Source of the DNA: a virus
IMG/VR virus record: IMGVR_UViG_3300009506_000023
Coordinates: 1,597-65,596 of that record
DNA length: 64,000 nt
Direction: 5' to 3' (one strand)
Shown: positions 27,519-37,765 of the stretch, one piece after another
Position numbering within the stretch: position 1 is the stretch's first letter
How the letters are laid out: each line of letters starts with the position of its first letter
Notes under the pieces: generated by a model
Seen by the model: only the letters and a program-made list of their open reading frames with translations
Databases searched by the model: none
Told to the model about the DNA's origin: nothing
Made by a program: the position numbers and the translations under genes

Positions 27519-27852
27519 CCAACTTTCTCAAAAGTCTTAAAAGCTTTTTGCCTTTCTCATCAGACAATCTCCTTGCCTTTATTTCTATTGAGCCATCTTC
27601 CTGTTCTGTTATTTCAAAATTATAATCTGGTGTTTCAATTCCTTTCTCTATTGGAGAGAATAGCCATGATACTGCTATATACTCTATAGAGTCGCTATCA
27701 TACATAAATTCTGCTCTAACTATTATAAAATTTTTGAAGAACTCGAAAAGTATGTGTGATGGTGCATCTATCAGATCTCTTGATACATTGAATCTCCCCC
27801 TTCTTCTTAGTAGATCATCTGGGTATGCCTTCCTCTTTCTTATCTTTAACAC
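27511..27852 (-). CDS. Hypothetical protein
   Basis: 113-aa ORF in an overlapping operon arrangement. Confidence 0.4.
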   Translation of the reverse strand: MLKIRKRKAYPDDLLRRRGRFNVSRDLIDAPSHILFEFFKNFIIVRAEFMYDSDSIEYIAVSWLFSPIEKGIETPDYNFEITEQEDGSIEIKARRLSDEKGKKLLRLLRKLDG

Positions 27853-28706
27853 TTTATCTTATCCCACTTATTGAGATTTTTTTCTGTTATTAGCGATTTA
27901 AACCCGTATCTCTCACATACTTTTATAAATTTATGTCTATTAGTATCATCTTTTACATCTGATATATTTATAGGCATAGTACCATCTAAAGGGAGAATGA
28001 CTAAATATCTGTTTATATCTGTAATATCTTTATTCTCCTCAATTGCCTGGTATTTTTTAGAATCTGGTTTTAGCTTTTTAATTAGATACTTAATAGCTGT
28101 TTTCTCTGCTACTCCTTTAACTCCTACTACATTGTCTGTAGAGCAACCAGATATTGCTCTGGCTTCTCCCCATAAAGCTGGGTGACAACCAAATTCCTCA
28201 GCAAAAGTATTTATAGTCTGGATGGATTTCGTTACTGGGTTAAAAAGCATAACTCTGTGATCAATTAGCTGGTACATATCTTGATCTGTAGTTATGATTA
28301 TAAACTTATAATTCTTATTACACATCTTTATAGATGCCATAAGATCATCAGCTTCATATCCATCCTGAGAATAAATGTGTTTAAAACCGAGCATAGGGAG
28401 CATTACCTCCCTAATCTCAGTAAACTGATCTTGAGCCAAGCGTTTATTCAGCTTGTCCTCTTCTGTCATATTTTGATCACGATTAGCCCTCACCTTTTTA
28501 TAATCAGGATATACTTCCTTTCTTATGCTTGACTGCGAGTCCCATACAAATATCATTCTATTTGATGGGAACTGGCTGGCAAAGGCTATAATTCTTTTTA
28601 AGAAGCCAAAAATTACACCAGTATTCCTGGTTTGATAGGTGAGTTTAGGCATGGAGTGATATACAGCATGACAGATGTAATTAGAATCTATAATTAGACC
28701 TTTCAT
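27846..28706 (-). CDS. 5'-3' exonuclease / flap endonuclease (T4 RNase H / FEN family)
   Basis: GYEADDL acidic cluster. GVKGVAEKTAIKYL helix-hairpin-helix matches the G-x-PGIG-KTA motif. Confidence 0.65.
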   Translation of the reverse strand: MKGLIIDSNYICHAVYHSMPKLTYQTRNTGVIFGFLKRIIAFASQFPSNRMIFVWDSQSSIRKEVYPDYKKVRANRDQNMTEEDKLNKRLAQDQFTEIREVMLPMLGFKHIYSQDGYEADDLMASIKMCNKNYKFIIITTDQDMYQLIDHRVMLFNPVTKSIQTINTFAEEFGCHPALWGEARAISGCSTDNVVGVKGVAEKTAIKYLIKKLKPDSKKYQAIEENKDITDINRYLVILPLDGTMPINISDVKDDTNRHKFIKVCERYGFKSLITEKNLNKWDKIKC

Positions 28707-29788
28707 TCTGGAAACCTCCTTTTCCTATCCACCTTTGGTTCTTCGACTTTCCTCCACTTTTCCTCTACTAATGGTATCAACTCCTCTCTTAAGTTATTAG
28801 CATCTATGTATTTCCAAGCAGTTATATACTCCTTGAAATTCTTATCAAAAAGACCTTTGATCTCCTTGCTCTTTGAGCCATAAAGATATTGTATCATAGA
28901 CATGACATCATCTATTCCATAATCAAACATTATTGGGAAGTCTGCCTCTCTAAAAGGTTTTGCTGTTTTATTCCTCTCGAATCTTGCCTTTACGCTTATC
29001 CCATCTACAACCCTTACCTTCATAGTCACTCTGTCTATTTTGCCTTTATCGGCAAGCCAGCATACTTGGTGGGTATAAAAATTTAAGGCATCTCCTCCAG
29101 CTCTATATGTTTTCTTCCCAAATGTTACACCTATCTTCTTTCTCACCTGAGAAACTATGAGAAGAGTGCAATCTTTCTTTACCTTACCATCGTCGCCCTC
29201 TATCTCAGAGCATAGAGTTTTGAAAAACCGCTTTGAGCCATACCTCTGTTTACCAAGATCGTATGACCCATCTTGAGGCTTATCTTCTTCTATGCTCTTG
29301 AGAAATGCCTCATACTCATCCTCGCTATCCAAGGCATCCCAGCTGTCCACAACGTAAAGGAGAAAGTCACCTTTCTTCATCTTTCTAACTCTCTTGAAGA
29401 AATCTCTCCCAAACTCTTGTATAGTGCCAGTCCTTATCCACTCAACTCCTTCATTAAACTGCCTCCCATACATGTCTTCGATAGGGAAGTCCATTACACC
29501 TTCTACATTATTATAGACAATAGAAACATCCTTAACTTTCGGGAAGTTATAGCTGTCCTTATCTTTTATAAAGTAGAAGGCGTCAGCACATGCTTCAAGG
29601 GCAATAAGCGTTTTACCTGATGAACCGTCACCGACGATGTTATCTATTCTGCCTCTTGCCCATCCACCGTCTAACGCCTTCTGAGAAGCTGCAAGGTTGA
29701 GGAGTGTGGAGCCAGTATTAAGGAAGTCTACTGGCTGCTGGCTAACAAGCTCTTTTTTTTCTCTGGTTGGCCGTTCAATTTTTGGCAT
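28703..29788 (-). CDS. RecA-family recombinase (UvsX-like)
   Basis: LNTGSTLLNLAASQKALDGGWARGRIDNIVGDGSSGKTLIALE matches the RecA L-x-TGS-LD...GG-P-GRI...G-SGKT core. Confidence 0.65.
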   Translation of the reverse strand: MPKIERPTREKKELVSQQPVDFLNTGSTLLNLAASQKALDGGWARGRIDNIVGDGSSGKTLIALEACADAFYFIKDKDSYNFPKVKDVSIVYNNVEGVMDFPIEDMYGRQFNEGVEWIRTGTIQEFGRDFFKRVRKMKKGDFLLYVVDSWDALDSEDEYEAFLKSIEEDKPQDGSYDLGKQRYGSKRFFKTLCSEIEGDDGKVKKDCTLLIVSQVRKKIGVTFGKKTYRAGGDALNFYTHQVCWLADKGKIDRVTMKVRVVDGISVKARFERNKTAKPFREADFPIMFDYGIDDVMSMIQYLYGSKSKEIKGLFDKNFKEYITAWKYIDANNLREELIPLVEEKWRKVEEPKVDRKRRFPE

Positions 29789-30849
29789 TATTTATTCTGC
29801 CTCCGTTCTTGGGCTTCTTTAATTTTACTCTTTATGTCCTTTTTCTCTTCCTCTTCGTTTGATGAGTTATTCCTCTTTGGTCGTTGAGGCTTTGCTGGTT
29901 TCTTTGGTTTTACTTCTTCTGGCTCAGAGCACTCAGAGTTATATTCACATTCAGCACAATCTTGCCACTTATCGTATTCTTTCTTAAAACAATCTGGTGG
30001 ACCAGAAGGCTGTTCTTGTTCTGGCTGGTCATCCTCGCCAATATCCATTTTTCTTAAGCCATTAGTTTCATGAGTTCTTGAATATTCCTGACCAAGATAC
30101 GCTTTCTTGACTTCCTCGTATTCAGGTATTATAAGGACATCTCTAAATTCTGGAAGCTGATTGAGAGCATCTTCTGTTAATGGCATAGGATTTTTGAAAA
30201 TCTGTACATTGACATACTTCGTTAATTTACCAGTGCCCTGTCTTTCAAATGAGACGGGAACGCCCTCTGTTGGGTGGCTAACATCAACAAACCGTTGAGT
30301 TTCCTCATCTGTTGATCTTGATAGAATCTCTTGATACAAAGTCCATGGACAACTCCACAAGAATACCTCTTGAGGGTCGTCAGCGAGAAGATTATGTACG
30401 AAGAACCACATCCTTCTATCTGGATAAAAGGTCTTAGCAAGTTGTGGGTCTGTATCCCATAGTTCTGATGTCTGCTGCTCACAAACATAGCATTTTGCTG
30501 GGACAACAATATCGTCGTACATTTTTCTGAGGAAGTGTTTCATTATTGAGTTACAAAGATAATCACCAAAACCTTCCTCTCCATCATCCCCTACACTTCT
30601 ATGGAAGTGCATTTCTAAGCCATAGAAGAGTAGCTCATCTACCTCAAGAGGTTGAATTATTCTAATTCTGTTCTTGCCCTCTTTCGGTACAAATGATTTT
30701 ACTGTAGACCTGTCAAAATATGACACTCTATCGCCAGGTGCTCGATAGAATTGGTCTTTCTTTTCATTTCTTTCTTTTAAAACCTCACTACTAACACCAC
30801 TCTTCCATTTTCTTTTACGGTTCTTCGACATCAGCTTCTCCTTTTCCAT
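29788..30849 (-). CDS. Single-stranded DNA-binding protein, T4 gp32-like (tentative)
   Basis: IRIIQPL resembles gp32 AVIRFLP. A C...H...CxxC pattern suits the gp32 Zn site. Acidic C-terminal tail. Located beside the recombinase. Confidence 0.4.
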   Translation of the reverse strand: MEKEKLMSKNRKRKWKSGVSSEVLKERNEKKDQFYRAPGDRVSYFDRSTVKSFVPKEGKNRIRIIQPLEVDELLFYGLEMHFHRSVGDDGEEGFGDYLCNSIMKHFLRKMYDDIVVPAKCYVCEQQTSELWDTDPQLAKTFYPDRRMWFFVHNLLADDPQEVFLWSCPWTLYQEILSRSTDEETQRFVDVSHPTEGVPVSFERQGTGKLTKYVNVQIFKNPMPLTEDALNQLPEFRDVLIIPEYEEVKKAYLGQEYSRTHETNGLRKMDIGEDDQPEQEQPSGPPDCFKKEYDKWQDCAECEYNSECSEPEEVKPKKPAKPQRPKRNNSSNEEEEKKDIKSKIKEAQERRQNK

Positions 30850-30966
30850 GTCTTCTTTTAAAGTCTCTGATCGCTCTAAGTATCATCCCAGGCACTATAT
30901 AAGCAAGCATAGCCACTACAAAGGAGAACACAAGGGCTATCCATATGATATCATATATATCCATGT

Positions 30967-31437
30967 TTATCTCGCTGGCCTCTTTGGTTTCTTTTCAGTT
31001 TTCCTGCTTTTAATCTGTTCCTCAATCTTTTTTCTGATTGAGTCAGCAAGAAGTGCCTTTGTTTCCTTCTTTGACTCTATTTTTGAGAAGTACCCTTGGC
31101 CATGAAGCTTTGCCATAGTTTCGAGAAGGCTGATTTTCTTATCGTATGCCTTTCTGTTTGCTTCTGCCTGAAGAAACTGTCTCCGAAGCGTTTTGTACTG
31201 CGGATTTGACCTTATAACAGAAGTTATAGCCCCTTCTGTCAATTTTGGAATACCGTACTTAGCCTTAAGCTCACTCTCATCACAAGCCCGTATGTCCTTG
31301 CTAAGTTCTGCTTCCTTATTCTCAAGGTCTGTCTTTAGGTTTGCTTCTTGTGTATGCCAGTAGTCAAAGAAGGCGGGTGCCCTAGAGCACTCTTCTTCCA
31401 ATGCGTTACGATCAATGATTATATCCTCATTAAACAT
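30967..31437 (-). CDS. Hypothetical protein, possible UvsY-like recombination mediator
   Basis: 156 aa with a helical charged pattern, between dnaE and the SSB/recombinase genes. Assignment rests only on size, position and weak pattern similarity. Confidence 0.25.
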   Translation of the reverse strand: MFNEDIIIDRNALEEECSRAPAFFDYWHTQEANLKTDLENKEAELSKDIRACDESELKAKYGIPKLTEGAITSVIRSNPQYKTLRRQFLQAEANRKAYDKKISLLETMAKLHGQGYFSKIESKKETKALLADSIRKKIEEQIKSRKTEKKPKRPAR

Positions 31438-31487
31438 AGCTGTCCTCCTTTAACTACTTAGACGCTAAAATAAAACTTTCATAGATA

Positions 31488-32090
31488 TTACATTAGTATC
31501 TCAAGCTTACGAACAAACTCATCTATTGAGCTTGTAAGTAATGGCATGTTCTCAGGGCTGTATAACGTCATAGCTGGGTGAACAGAGTATGTTACCCAAC
31601 AGTTGTAATCCCTATGCCATTCAGTTGTAGCATTTATAGACATTATACCAGAGTCTTGACCTCTAAAGAAAAAGTTACCTGTATTACCAAAAGATAGTAT
31701 GAGAAATGGCTTTACTATTTCTATTTCTTTTTCAAGCCAGTGTCTACATTTATTAACATTAGTCTTTTTTGGAGTCTTTGTTTTAGATGGATAACACTTA
31801 CAGACATTAGTTACGTGGAAAAGTTCTCTTTCTAATCCTAGCATAGTCCATAATCTATCACCAGAGTCACCAATAAAGCCTATTCCTTCTCTGTCCTCAT
31901 CCCTACCAGGTGCCTCTCCGACTATCATAACATTCATTCTACCTTGGCTGGGCAATACTGGTCTACGGCACTCATCTCTTAGGTTACACTCTATACATTC
32001 TTCAGCTTTATATATTTCTGATAGGTCTGGTATAGAGCAGTCAATAAATAAATCGTGTTCATCATCCTTTAGCCCACCTAATTCACCAGA
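31488..32090 (-). other. UDG family 4-like domain at the C-terminus of DnaE
   Basis: Motif A GEAPG, motif B VHPA and a C-x2-C...C...C pattern consistent with a 4Fe-4S site. Confidence 0.55.
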
Positions 32091-35000
32091 AATTAGTTCA
32101 TCTCCGAACCAAGAAGCTTGGGTCATAAGTGCTGCCTTATCATCTGAATTTCTTGCTAAGGTTAAGACTGCCTCACCTTCGCAGTGCTCTATTGTATATT
32201 TTTTCTCGTTATAAATCTTACTACCAAATATAAGCATCTTAAAGTCGGTATCGTCTTTAAGATTTCCGTAAACACCACCCATAGAGCCGAACCCCGTAGT
32301 ATCTTTTGTTTGAGATGCTGCTTCCCTATAGCCTACCCTTAAGGACTCCATCCTTCCAAAGAAGAATCTGCTTTTATCTCCGATGTCGTAGGATTCGGAT
32401 AGGTCGAGGATATTGATTTTTTCGGATAGTTTTCTGATTAGCTTTCGGTATTTATAGAGAGGGTCATTAGATAATTCAAAGTCGAAGAATTGGGATAATT
32501 CCTCAAGTTCCTCTTCTGTTGAGTTTAACTTATCTTTAGAAGACTCGTATGCTTTTATGGAAATTAGAGTTTCTCTTACTTTTTTATTAACTTTTCTTAA
32601 AGTTTTCCGTTTTCTTAATTTCTCTTCTAAGTCTTCGGGGCTAGCGAAAACTCCTGCATTCGCTCTGCATTCGACAATCTCGTTAGAAGCTACCTCCCCT
32701 ACTCCCTTTATTTCTCGGAATGGAGCAAGTAAGCTATTATCTTTCCCTATAATCCAGACATTTGAGTCGGATTGATTAATATCAGGGAGTTCGATTTTTA
32801 TTCCAAGCCTTTTTGACTCGTTTATTAACTCGTGTTTCTTACTGGCTGGCCCATAGGATAGTAATGCTGCCATAAACTCAAGAGGATAGTAGACTTTAAG
32901 GAACATCTGCCATACTCCTATTAAAGAGTACTCGACAGCGTGGCTGAGATTAAATCCGTAAGAACCATAGTTCTTTAATTCATCGAATACTTCATCAGCT
33001 TCGGTCTCATCAAGGGTGCCTAATTCTTTACAACCCTTTATAAAGTCATCCTTAAAACTCATAAACTGTTCGACACCCTTAGACTTACTCACAACTTTTC
33101 TAATAGTATCAGCTGTTTTCCAAGGCAAACCACCTAACTCATACATCATCTTCATTATCTGCTCTTGGTAGAGTATAATCCCGTAGGTGTCTTTTGTGAT
33201 CTCTTGGAGTATTGGATGCTTTTCTGGTACTTCCTCTATGCCAAATTTTCTATCTCTGTACTTTTGACACAGCCCCGACCTCAAGGCACCTGGTCTATGG
33301 AGGGCATTTATTGCCACTACTTGGTCAAAATTCTCTCCTTGTATATCTCGACACAGCTTAATCATACTTGAAGAGTTAAATTGAAATATCCCTATTGTGT
33401 TCCCTTGAATAAATTGGTCATAAAGCTTTGGGTCATCGATATCAATCAGGTTGTAGTTGATATCCTCACCGTGTCTTTCCTTTATCAGCCTCTTCGTTTC
33501 AGCGAGTATAGTCAGCGAGTTCAAGCCAAGTATATCTAATTTCATTAGCCCCATATACTCAGCGTCTTCCTTATCCCAATTACAGACATTCACACCTTTT
33601 CTAACAACAAAGGAGGCATTTTCACCCGTTCTGAGATCGTGCTCTGAGACACACACCCCCGCAGCGTGACGCCCTGCTGCTTTTATCTGCCCTTCAAACG
33701 CCATCGCCATCTCGGTGATTTCAGGATACTTCTCTTTAAACTTTATGCCGTCCTCAAAAGTTGAGAAGGCATCCTCTATGGTAAAGTCAGCACGAAAGTC
33801 ACCGCCTGATCTCACAACTATACATTTAGCAGCCTTATCAACTTCTATTAAGGGAATATCAAAGACTCTTGAGACATCTCTCAGTGAGCCTCTACCATGC
33901 ATTTTTAGGAAAGTAGAAACCTCAATTACATTCCATTTACCGTAGGTATCGGCTAAATGTTGTTTAACTAAATCTCTTTTTCTGTCCTCGAAGTCCATGT
34001 CTATATCAGGCAAGTCGATTCTGCCTGGAGAAATAAATCTTGAGAACACAAGCTTATATTTTATAGGGTCAACATGAGTAATTCCAAGGCAATATGAGAC
34101 AAGGCTCCCACCAACAGAGCCTCTGCCTGGTCCAGACATTATATTATTCTTTTCACACCAATTTATCAGTTCCCAGACAATCAAAAAATATCTGGTAAAT
34201 TTTGGCATGATGTGGCTGAGTTCTTCTTCAATTCGATTTTCATATTTCAGATAATCTCTTCTTATCCAATCATGGTCTTTTGCTCTTTTTTCAAGCCCAT
34301 CAAAAACAAGGTTGATCAGTTGTTCATCTTCATCCATGTGGTCAATGCCTGGCATGAAGACCTTGGGCAGTTTTGGCTCTCGTTGCTGAATTTGAAAATC
34401 ACCACACAACGTTTTTACCATAGTCACGTTGGAAATTGCTTGTGTGAAAACTGATGGAAATACATCTGTGTATTTGTTGAATGCCAACTCCATTTCACCT
34501 GCTGTCTTCAAATACAATTCATCAAAGTCAAATTTCCATCGCTCTGGGTTGCTCCATTTGTCCTTGCGTTGCATGCACAGTAGGACTTCTTGGAGTTTAC
34601 TGTCTGAGGCATTTATGTAATGACAGTCGTTGGTTGCCACAAGGTTGAAGCCATAGTCTTGGGACATTTCTAGTGCCAGCAGATTTGCTGATCTGGTTCC
34701 GTCAATATCCAGTGGCATTATTTCCCCGAAAAATTCTGTCTGTTCCATAATTCGAGGGACTAGCTCAGGTGCCTCAGACATCCTTAGAAATGTCGAGGCA
34801 CAAGCAGACATGATAACTAATCCGTCTAAATGGTCTAACAAAATGCTTGGGTCGATTCTTGGTCTGTAATAAAACCCCTGAAGGTTTGCTTTAGTTAGAA
34901 TTTGTAGCAGGTTTTTCCAACCTACTTCGTTTTTAACAAGGGCAGTTATGTGATATCTTTCCTCACCCTTTTCTTTTACCATTATATCTGAGACAATGTA

Positions 35001-35201
35001 TAACTCGCAACCATGGATCGGCTTTATTCCTTCTTCATTACATGCTTGCTGGAAGCGTATTGCACCATCTACGTTAGCATGGTTGGTCAGGGCTAAGTGA
35101 GTAAATTCAAGTTCTTTGGCTCTCTTAGCCCAATCTGGAGCAGTGCCCAATCCGTCCAGTAGCGAGTATTCATTATGACAATGCAGGTGTACAAAGCCCA
35201 T
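31488..35201 (-). CDS. dnaE: DNA polymerase III alpha (DnaE-type) with a C-terminal family-4 uracil-DNA-glycosylase-like domain
   Basis: N-terminal PHP motif MGFVHLHCHNEYSLLDG. Long polymerase core with an HhH region (GVGEVASNEIVECRANAG). C-terminus reads CIECNLRDEC...MIVGEAPGRDEDREGIGFIGDSGDRLW...VHPAMTLYSPEN, giving the UDG4 GEAPG and H-P-(S/A) motifs plus 4 Cys. Confidence 0.85.
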   Translation of the reverse strand: MGFVHLHCHNEYSLLDGLGTAPDWAKRAKELEFTHLALTNHANVDGAIRFQQACNEEGIKPIHGCELYIVSDIMVKEKGEERYHITALVKNEVGWKNLLQILTKANLQGFYYRPRIDPSILLDHLDGLVIMSACASTFLRMSEAPELVPRIMEQTEFFGEIMPLDIDGTRSANLLALEMSQDYGFNLVATNDCHYINASDSKLQEVLLCMQRKDKWSNPERWKFDFDELYLKTAGEMELAFNKYTDVFPSVFTQAISNVTMVKTLCGDFQIQQREPKLPKVFMPGIDHMDEDEQLINLVFDGLEKRAKDHDWIRRDYLKYENRIEEELSHIMPKFTRYFLIVWELINWCEKNNIMSGPGRGSVGGSLVSYCLGITHVDPIKYKLVFSRFISPGRIDLPDIDMDFEDRKRDLVKQHLADTYGKWNVIEVSTFLKMHGRGSLRDVSRVFDIPLIEVDKAAKCIVVRSGGDFRADFTIEDAFSTFEDGIKFKEKYPEITEMAMAFEGQIKAAGRHAAGVCVSEHDLRTGENASFVVRKGVNVCNWDKEDAEYMGLMKLDILGLNSLTILAETKRLIKERHGEDINYNLIDIDDPKLYDQFIQGNTIGIFQFNSSSMIKLCRDIQGENFDQVVAINALHRPGALRSGLCQKYRDRKFGIEEVPEKHPILQEITKDTYGIILYQEQIMKMMYELGGLPWKTADTIRKVVSKSKGVEQFMSFKDDFIKGCKELGTLDETEADEVFDELKNYGSYGFNLSHAVEYSLIGVWQMFLKVYYPLEFMAALLSYGPASKKHELINESKRLGIKIELPDINQSDSNVWIIGKDNSLLAPFREIKGVGEVASNEIVECRANAGVFASPEDLEEKLRKRKTLRKVNKKVRETLISIKAYESSKDKLNSTEEELEELSQFFDFELSNDPLYKYRKLIRKLSEKINILDLSESYDIGDKSRFFFGRMESLRVGYREAASQTKDTTGFGSMGGVYGNLKDDTDFKMLIFGSKIYNEKKYTIEHCEGEAVLTLARNSDDKAALMTQASWFGDELISGELGGLKDDEHDLFIDCSIPDLSEIYKAEECIECNLRDECRRPVLPSQGRMNVMIVGEAPGRDEDREGIGFIGDSGDRLWTMLGLERELFHVTNVCKCYPSKTKTPKKTNVNKCRHWLEKEIEIVKPFLILSFGNTGNFFFRGQDSGIMSINATTEWHRDYNCWVTYSVHPAMTLYSPENMPLLTSSIDEFVRKLEILM
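32651..32680. repeat. Copy D of the conserved element core, lying inside the dnaE coding sequence
   Basis: CTCCTGCATTCGCTCTGCATTCGACAATCT. Its complement encodes EIVECRANAG of DnaE. Confidence 0.6.
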
Positions 35202-35407
35202 TATTCTGTCCTCAGTGCTAAAGTTTTAAACTCTTCATCTCCTTCTCTTAAATCAATTACTTGTATTAACTCTCCTGTTTCCTCATCCTCTATGAATACA
35301 TCAGATGTTTTACTTAATAACCAAACTCCATTAGGTATATGGTTTTTAAGTTTTTGTTCATCTGTCATTTTCCAGATAACTCTTTGTCTTGAAGATTCTT
35401 TTGACAT
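35201..35407 (-). CDS. Small hypothetical protein
   Basis: 68-aa ORF immediately upstream of dnaE, in an ATGA overlap. Confidence 0.3.
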   Translation of the reverse strand: MSKESSRQRVIWKMTDEQKLKNHIPNGVWLLSKTSDVFIEDEETGELIQVIDLREGDEEFKTLALRTE

Positions 35408-36326
35408 GTTTCCTCCCTATTTTGCTATTGTCCCATCCTTCCAATACTGCATAGTCTATCGTATAATTTGGATCTTGGTAAGCAATATCTTTGCCACCAT
35501 TCCTTGTATAAGACTCCCACAGTGCTTTTGGGAATTTCTTTTCTTCATATAACCACTCCCAATCGCCCCATCTTTCCTTTAAATATGCTCCGATAAAACT
35601 ATTAATCAGATTAATATTATGGAAGTCGTCAGGCTGATTGTCGTAATCCGATAGCTTTCCTGTAATATGAATAGTAGGATTATTCATTTGCTTAGCACAG
35701 AAGTAGCCAAGGGCAATCCTCTCAAATGTCATCAGTGTTTCTTCCAATCCACCAGCAAGGAAATGGGTCTGGCTTGGTGCCAACAAGAACCCATGATCTT
35801 TCATGTTTCTCAAAAAGAGCCCACGATTAGTGGCATACATATCATCTCTCGTAGGCACTATCCTTAACTTCTGAGGGGTGCCGCCAAGGAAGGACTTAGT
35901 GTTTATTACACCGCATTCTGGAAATCTTGTCATGTAATCCACTGAATGCAAATATCTTTGACCGCTTGAGAATGGATACTTATTAGTTCCTCCAACAAAT
36001 TCAAAGTCGTCATCAATAAATAAGTAGATATCACATTCTGGATACAACTCAGCACATTTCTCTCTCATCTTTATGAGTTGTATAGGCTTTGCCCAAACCC
36101 CAGAAAGAATGAACCTTGCGTCAAAGCCGTAACTCATTATATCAGCTACGGCTTTAGTGGCAAGGTTTAAGTTCCAGTCTTTCCCATTAAAGTTGATAAG
36201 CCAAGTTGTAAAGTTGGCCATCTCCACTACATGTTTCACTGACGGAATTAGCTTTTTAAAAAAAATATCAACATTATTCGTCGGACATATGATTCCAACT
36301 GTGCTTGCTAGTAATCTTTTTTTCAT
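35358..36326 (-). CDS. Putative glycosyltransferase-like protein (DxD motif)
   Basis: IYLFIDDDFEFVGG DxD-like motif. 322 aa. Confidence 0.35.
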   Translation of the reverse strand: MKKRLLASTVGIICPTNNVDIFFKKLIPSVKHVVEMANFTTWLINFNGKDWNLNLATKAVADIMSYGFDARFILSGVWAKPIQLIKMREKCAELYPECDIYLFIDDDFEFVGGTNKYPFSSGQRYLHSVDYMTRFPECGVINTKSFLGGTPQKLRIVPTRDDMYATNRGLFLRNMKDHGFLLAPSQTHFLAGGLEETLMTFERIALGYFCAKQMNNPTIHITGKLSDYDNQPDDFHNINLINSFIGAYLKERWGDWEWLYEEKKFPKALWESYTRNGGKDIAYQDPNYTIDYAVLEGWDNSKIGRKHVKRIFKTKSYLENDR

Positions 36327-37129
36327 CTATTCCCCAAATTTAAAAATGGTAAAGTAGCATTCGGTATAATTTGGACAGGCAGTTTCCCGTCCCATTTTTC
36401 AATAGCTTTTAGCTGGACATAGTCCTTCCCGCCTTGAGCATTAACAGCCTGTGCTTGAATTTTAATCTTTTCTGCTTCGGCTTTAGCAGATACAACTGTC
36501 TGTTCGGCTTCGTATTTTCTTTGCTCTAACACATTTTTAGCTTGTAGTGCTTTCTGTTCAGCTGTTACTTTAGCTTCGATAGCTGCATTAAATTCTGGAG
36601 AGAAGTTAAAGTCTGTCATAAAAACATCATCAACCATAATATGGCTTTTTGCTAGTAAACTTGAAATAGTTTCCCTTAAATCATCCTTAACTTTCTCCCT
36701 ATGTGTAATTAGCTGTTCAGCTGTATATTTAGCAGTTGTTTTCTTTATTGATTCTTCAATAGAGGGTGCTACAATTCTAACATTTGCTTCATGTCTTAAA
36801 TTCTGATATATCCAATTAACGTGTAATGGATCAAGATGATAATTTACAGCTACTTTAGTAGATACAATTTGTAAATCTTTGCTTGATGCTGATGTTCCTT
36901 TCTCTTCTTTTTGAATAGTTACATCCATTTTCTCAACATCTTTAACAATAGGTGCTATCCAATGGATACCTTCATTCAAGATAATATTCTCTACAGCACC
37001 CCACCTTAAAACAACACCTCTCTCACCAGCAGAAATCTTTACAAGCGGGTTTAAGATAAAGAAAGCAACTATGGCAAAAACGATCAAGGTTGCTGCTACA
37101 TATGTTCTTGGTCTTGTAAAATCAATCAT
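36323..37129 (-). CDS. SPFH / band-7 (prohibitin/HflC-like) membrane protein
   Basis: N-terminal TM (TYVAATLIVFAIVAFFIL) and a GERGVVLRWGAV... SPFH core, with an Ala/Glu/Gln-rich coiled C-terminus. Start chosen at MIDFTRP with RBS AAGGAGG. Confidence 0.55.
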   Translation of the reverse strand: MIDFTRPRTYVAATLIVFAIVAFFILNPLVKISAGERGVVLRWGAVENIILNEGIHWIAPIVKDVEKMDVTIQKEEKGTSASSKDLQIVSTKVAVNYHLDPLHVNWIYQNLRHEANVRIVAPSIEESIKKTTAKYTAEQLITHREKVKDDLRETISSLLAKSHIMVDDVFMTDFNFSPEFNAAIEAKVTAEQKALQAKNVLEQRKYEAEQTVVSAKAEAEKIKIQAQAVNAQGGKDYVQLKAIEKWDGKLPVQIIPNATLPFLNLGNR

Positions 37130-37259
37130 TTTCTTCCTCCTTTTTAATTTCCTTGTTTTTCTTACCAAAAAGTAATTTAGCCACAACCAATAGGATTATT
37201 AAAAAGAATAATAGTTCAAACAATATTCTCATATTAACCCCCTTTCATAAAGAATATCC

Positions 37260-37670
37260 CTACAATCCTTTTGAGGATATTGCTGAGCCAAGTTCTTTAC
37301 CCCATCTTCTGAAATTGACGACGGCTTTGTATGTCTCATGCCATTCACCTCTAAATGGTAAGCCCCTATCATCTATGTAAATATCAGCACCAATCTTAGC
37401 TTCACTCATTTTTGACTTCTTATTTCTTGGTGAGAAATTTATATAGTCGAATGGTATTTTGTGAGTCCTTAGATGCTGTTCTACTTTATCCGTCATCTTT
37501 CGGCAGGTATGGACAACTATGATAGCACCCATTTCTTTAAATTTCTCTAACGCCCACTTAGCCCCTTGTAGTGGCTCTCCGAATACTGCTGGGCCACGCC
37601 ACTCATCGTATTCAAGAATCGTTCCATCCAAGTCAACTGCTATAATCTTATCCTTTAGCCTATTTTCCAT
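37260..37670 (-). CDS. HAD-superfamily phosphatase (possible nucleotide phosphatase)
   Basis: IIAVDLDGTIL matches HAD motif I DxDGT. ADIYIDDR matches motif IV. Confidence 0.5.
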   Translation of the reverse strand: MENRLKDKIIAVDLDGTILEYDEWRGPAVFGEPLQGAKWALEKFKEMGAIIVVHTCRKMTDKVEQHLRTHKIPFDYINFSPRNKKSKMSEAKIGADIYIDDRGLPFRGEWHETYKAVVNFRRWGKELGSAISSKGL

Positions 37671-37765
37671 TTCACCTCCGCTAAACTTTTGTTATAAGAT
37701 ATATAATTGTTATCCAAAAAGGTGTGGCTATAACTGTCCCCCAAAAGACCCCTTTAATGAATTTG

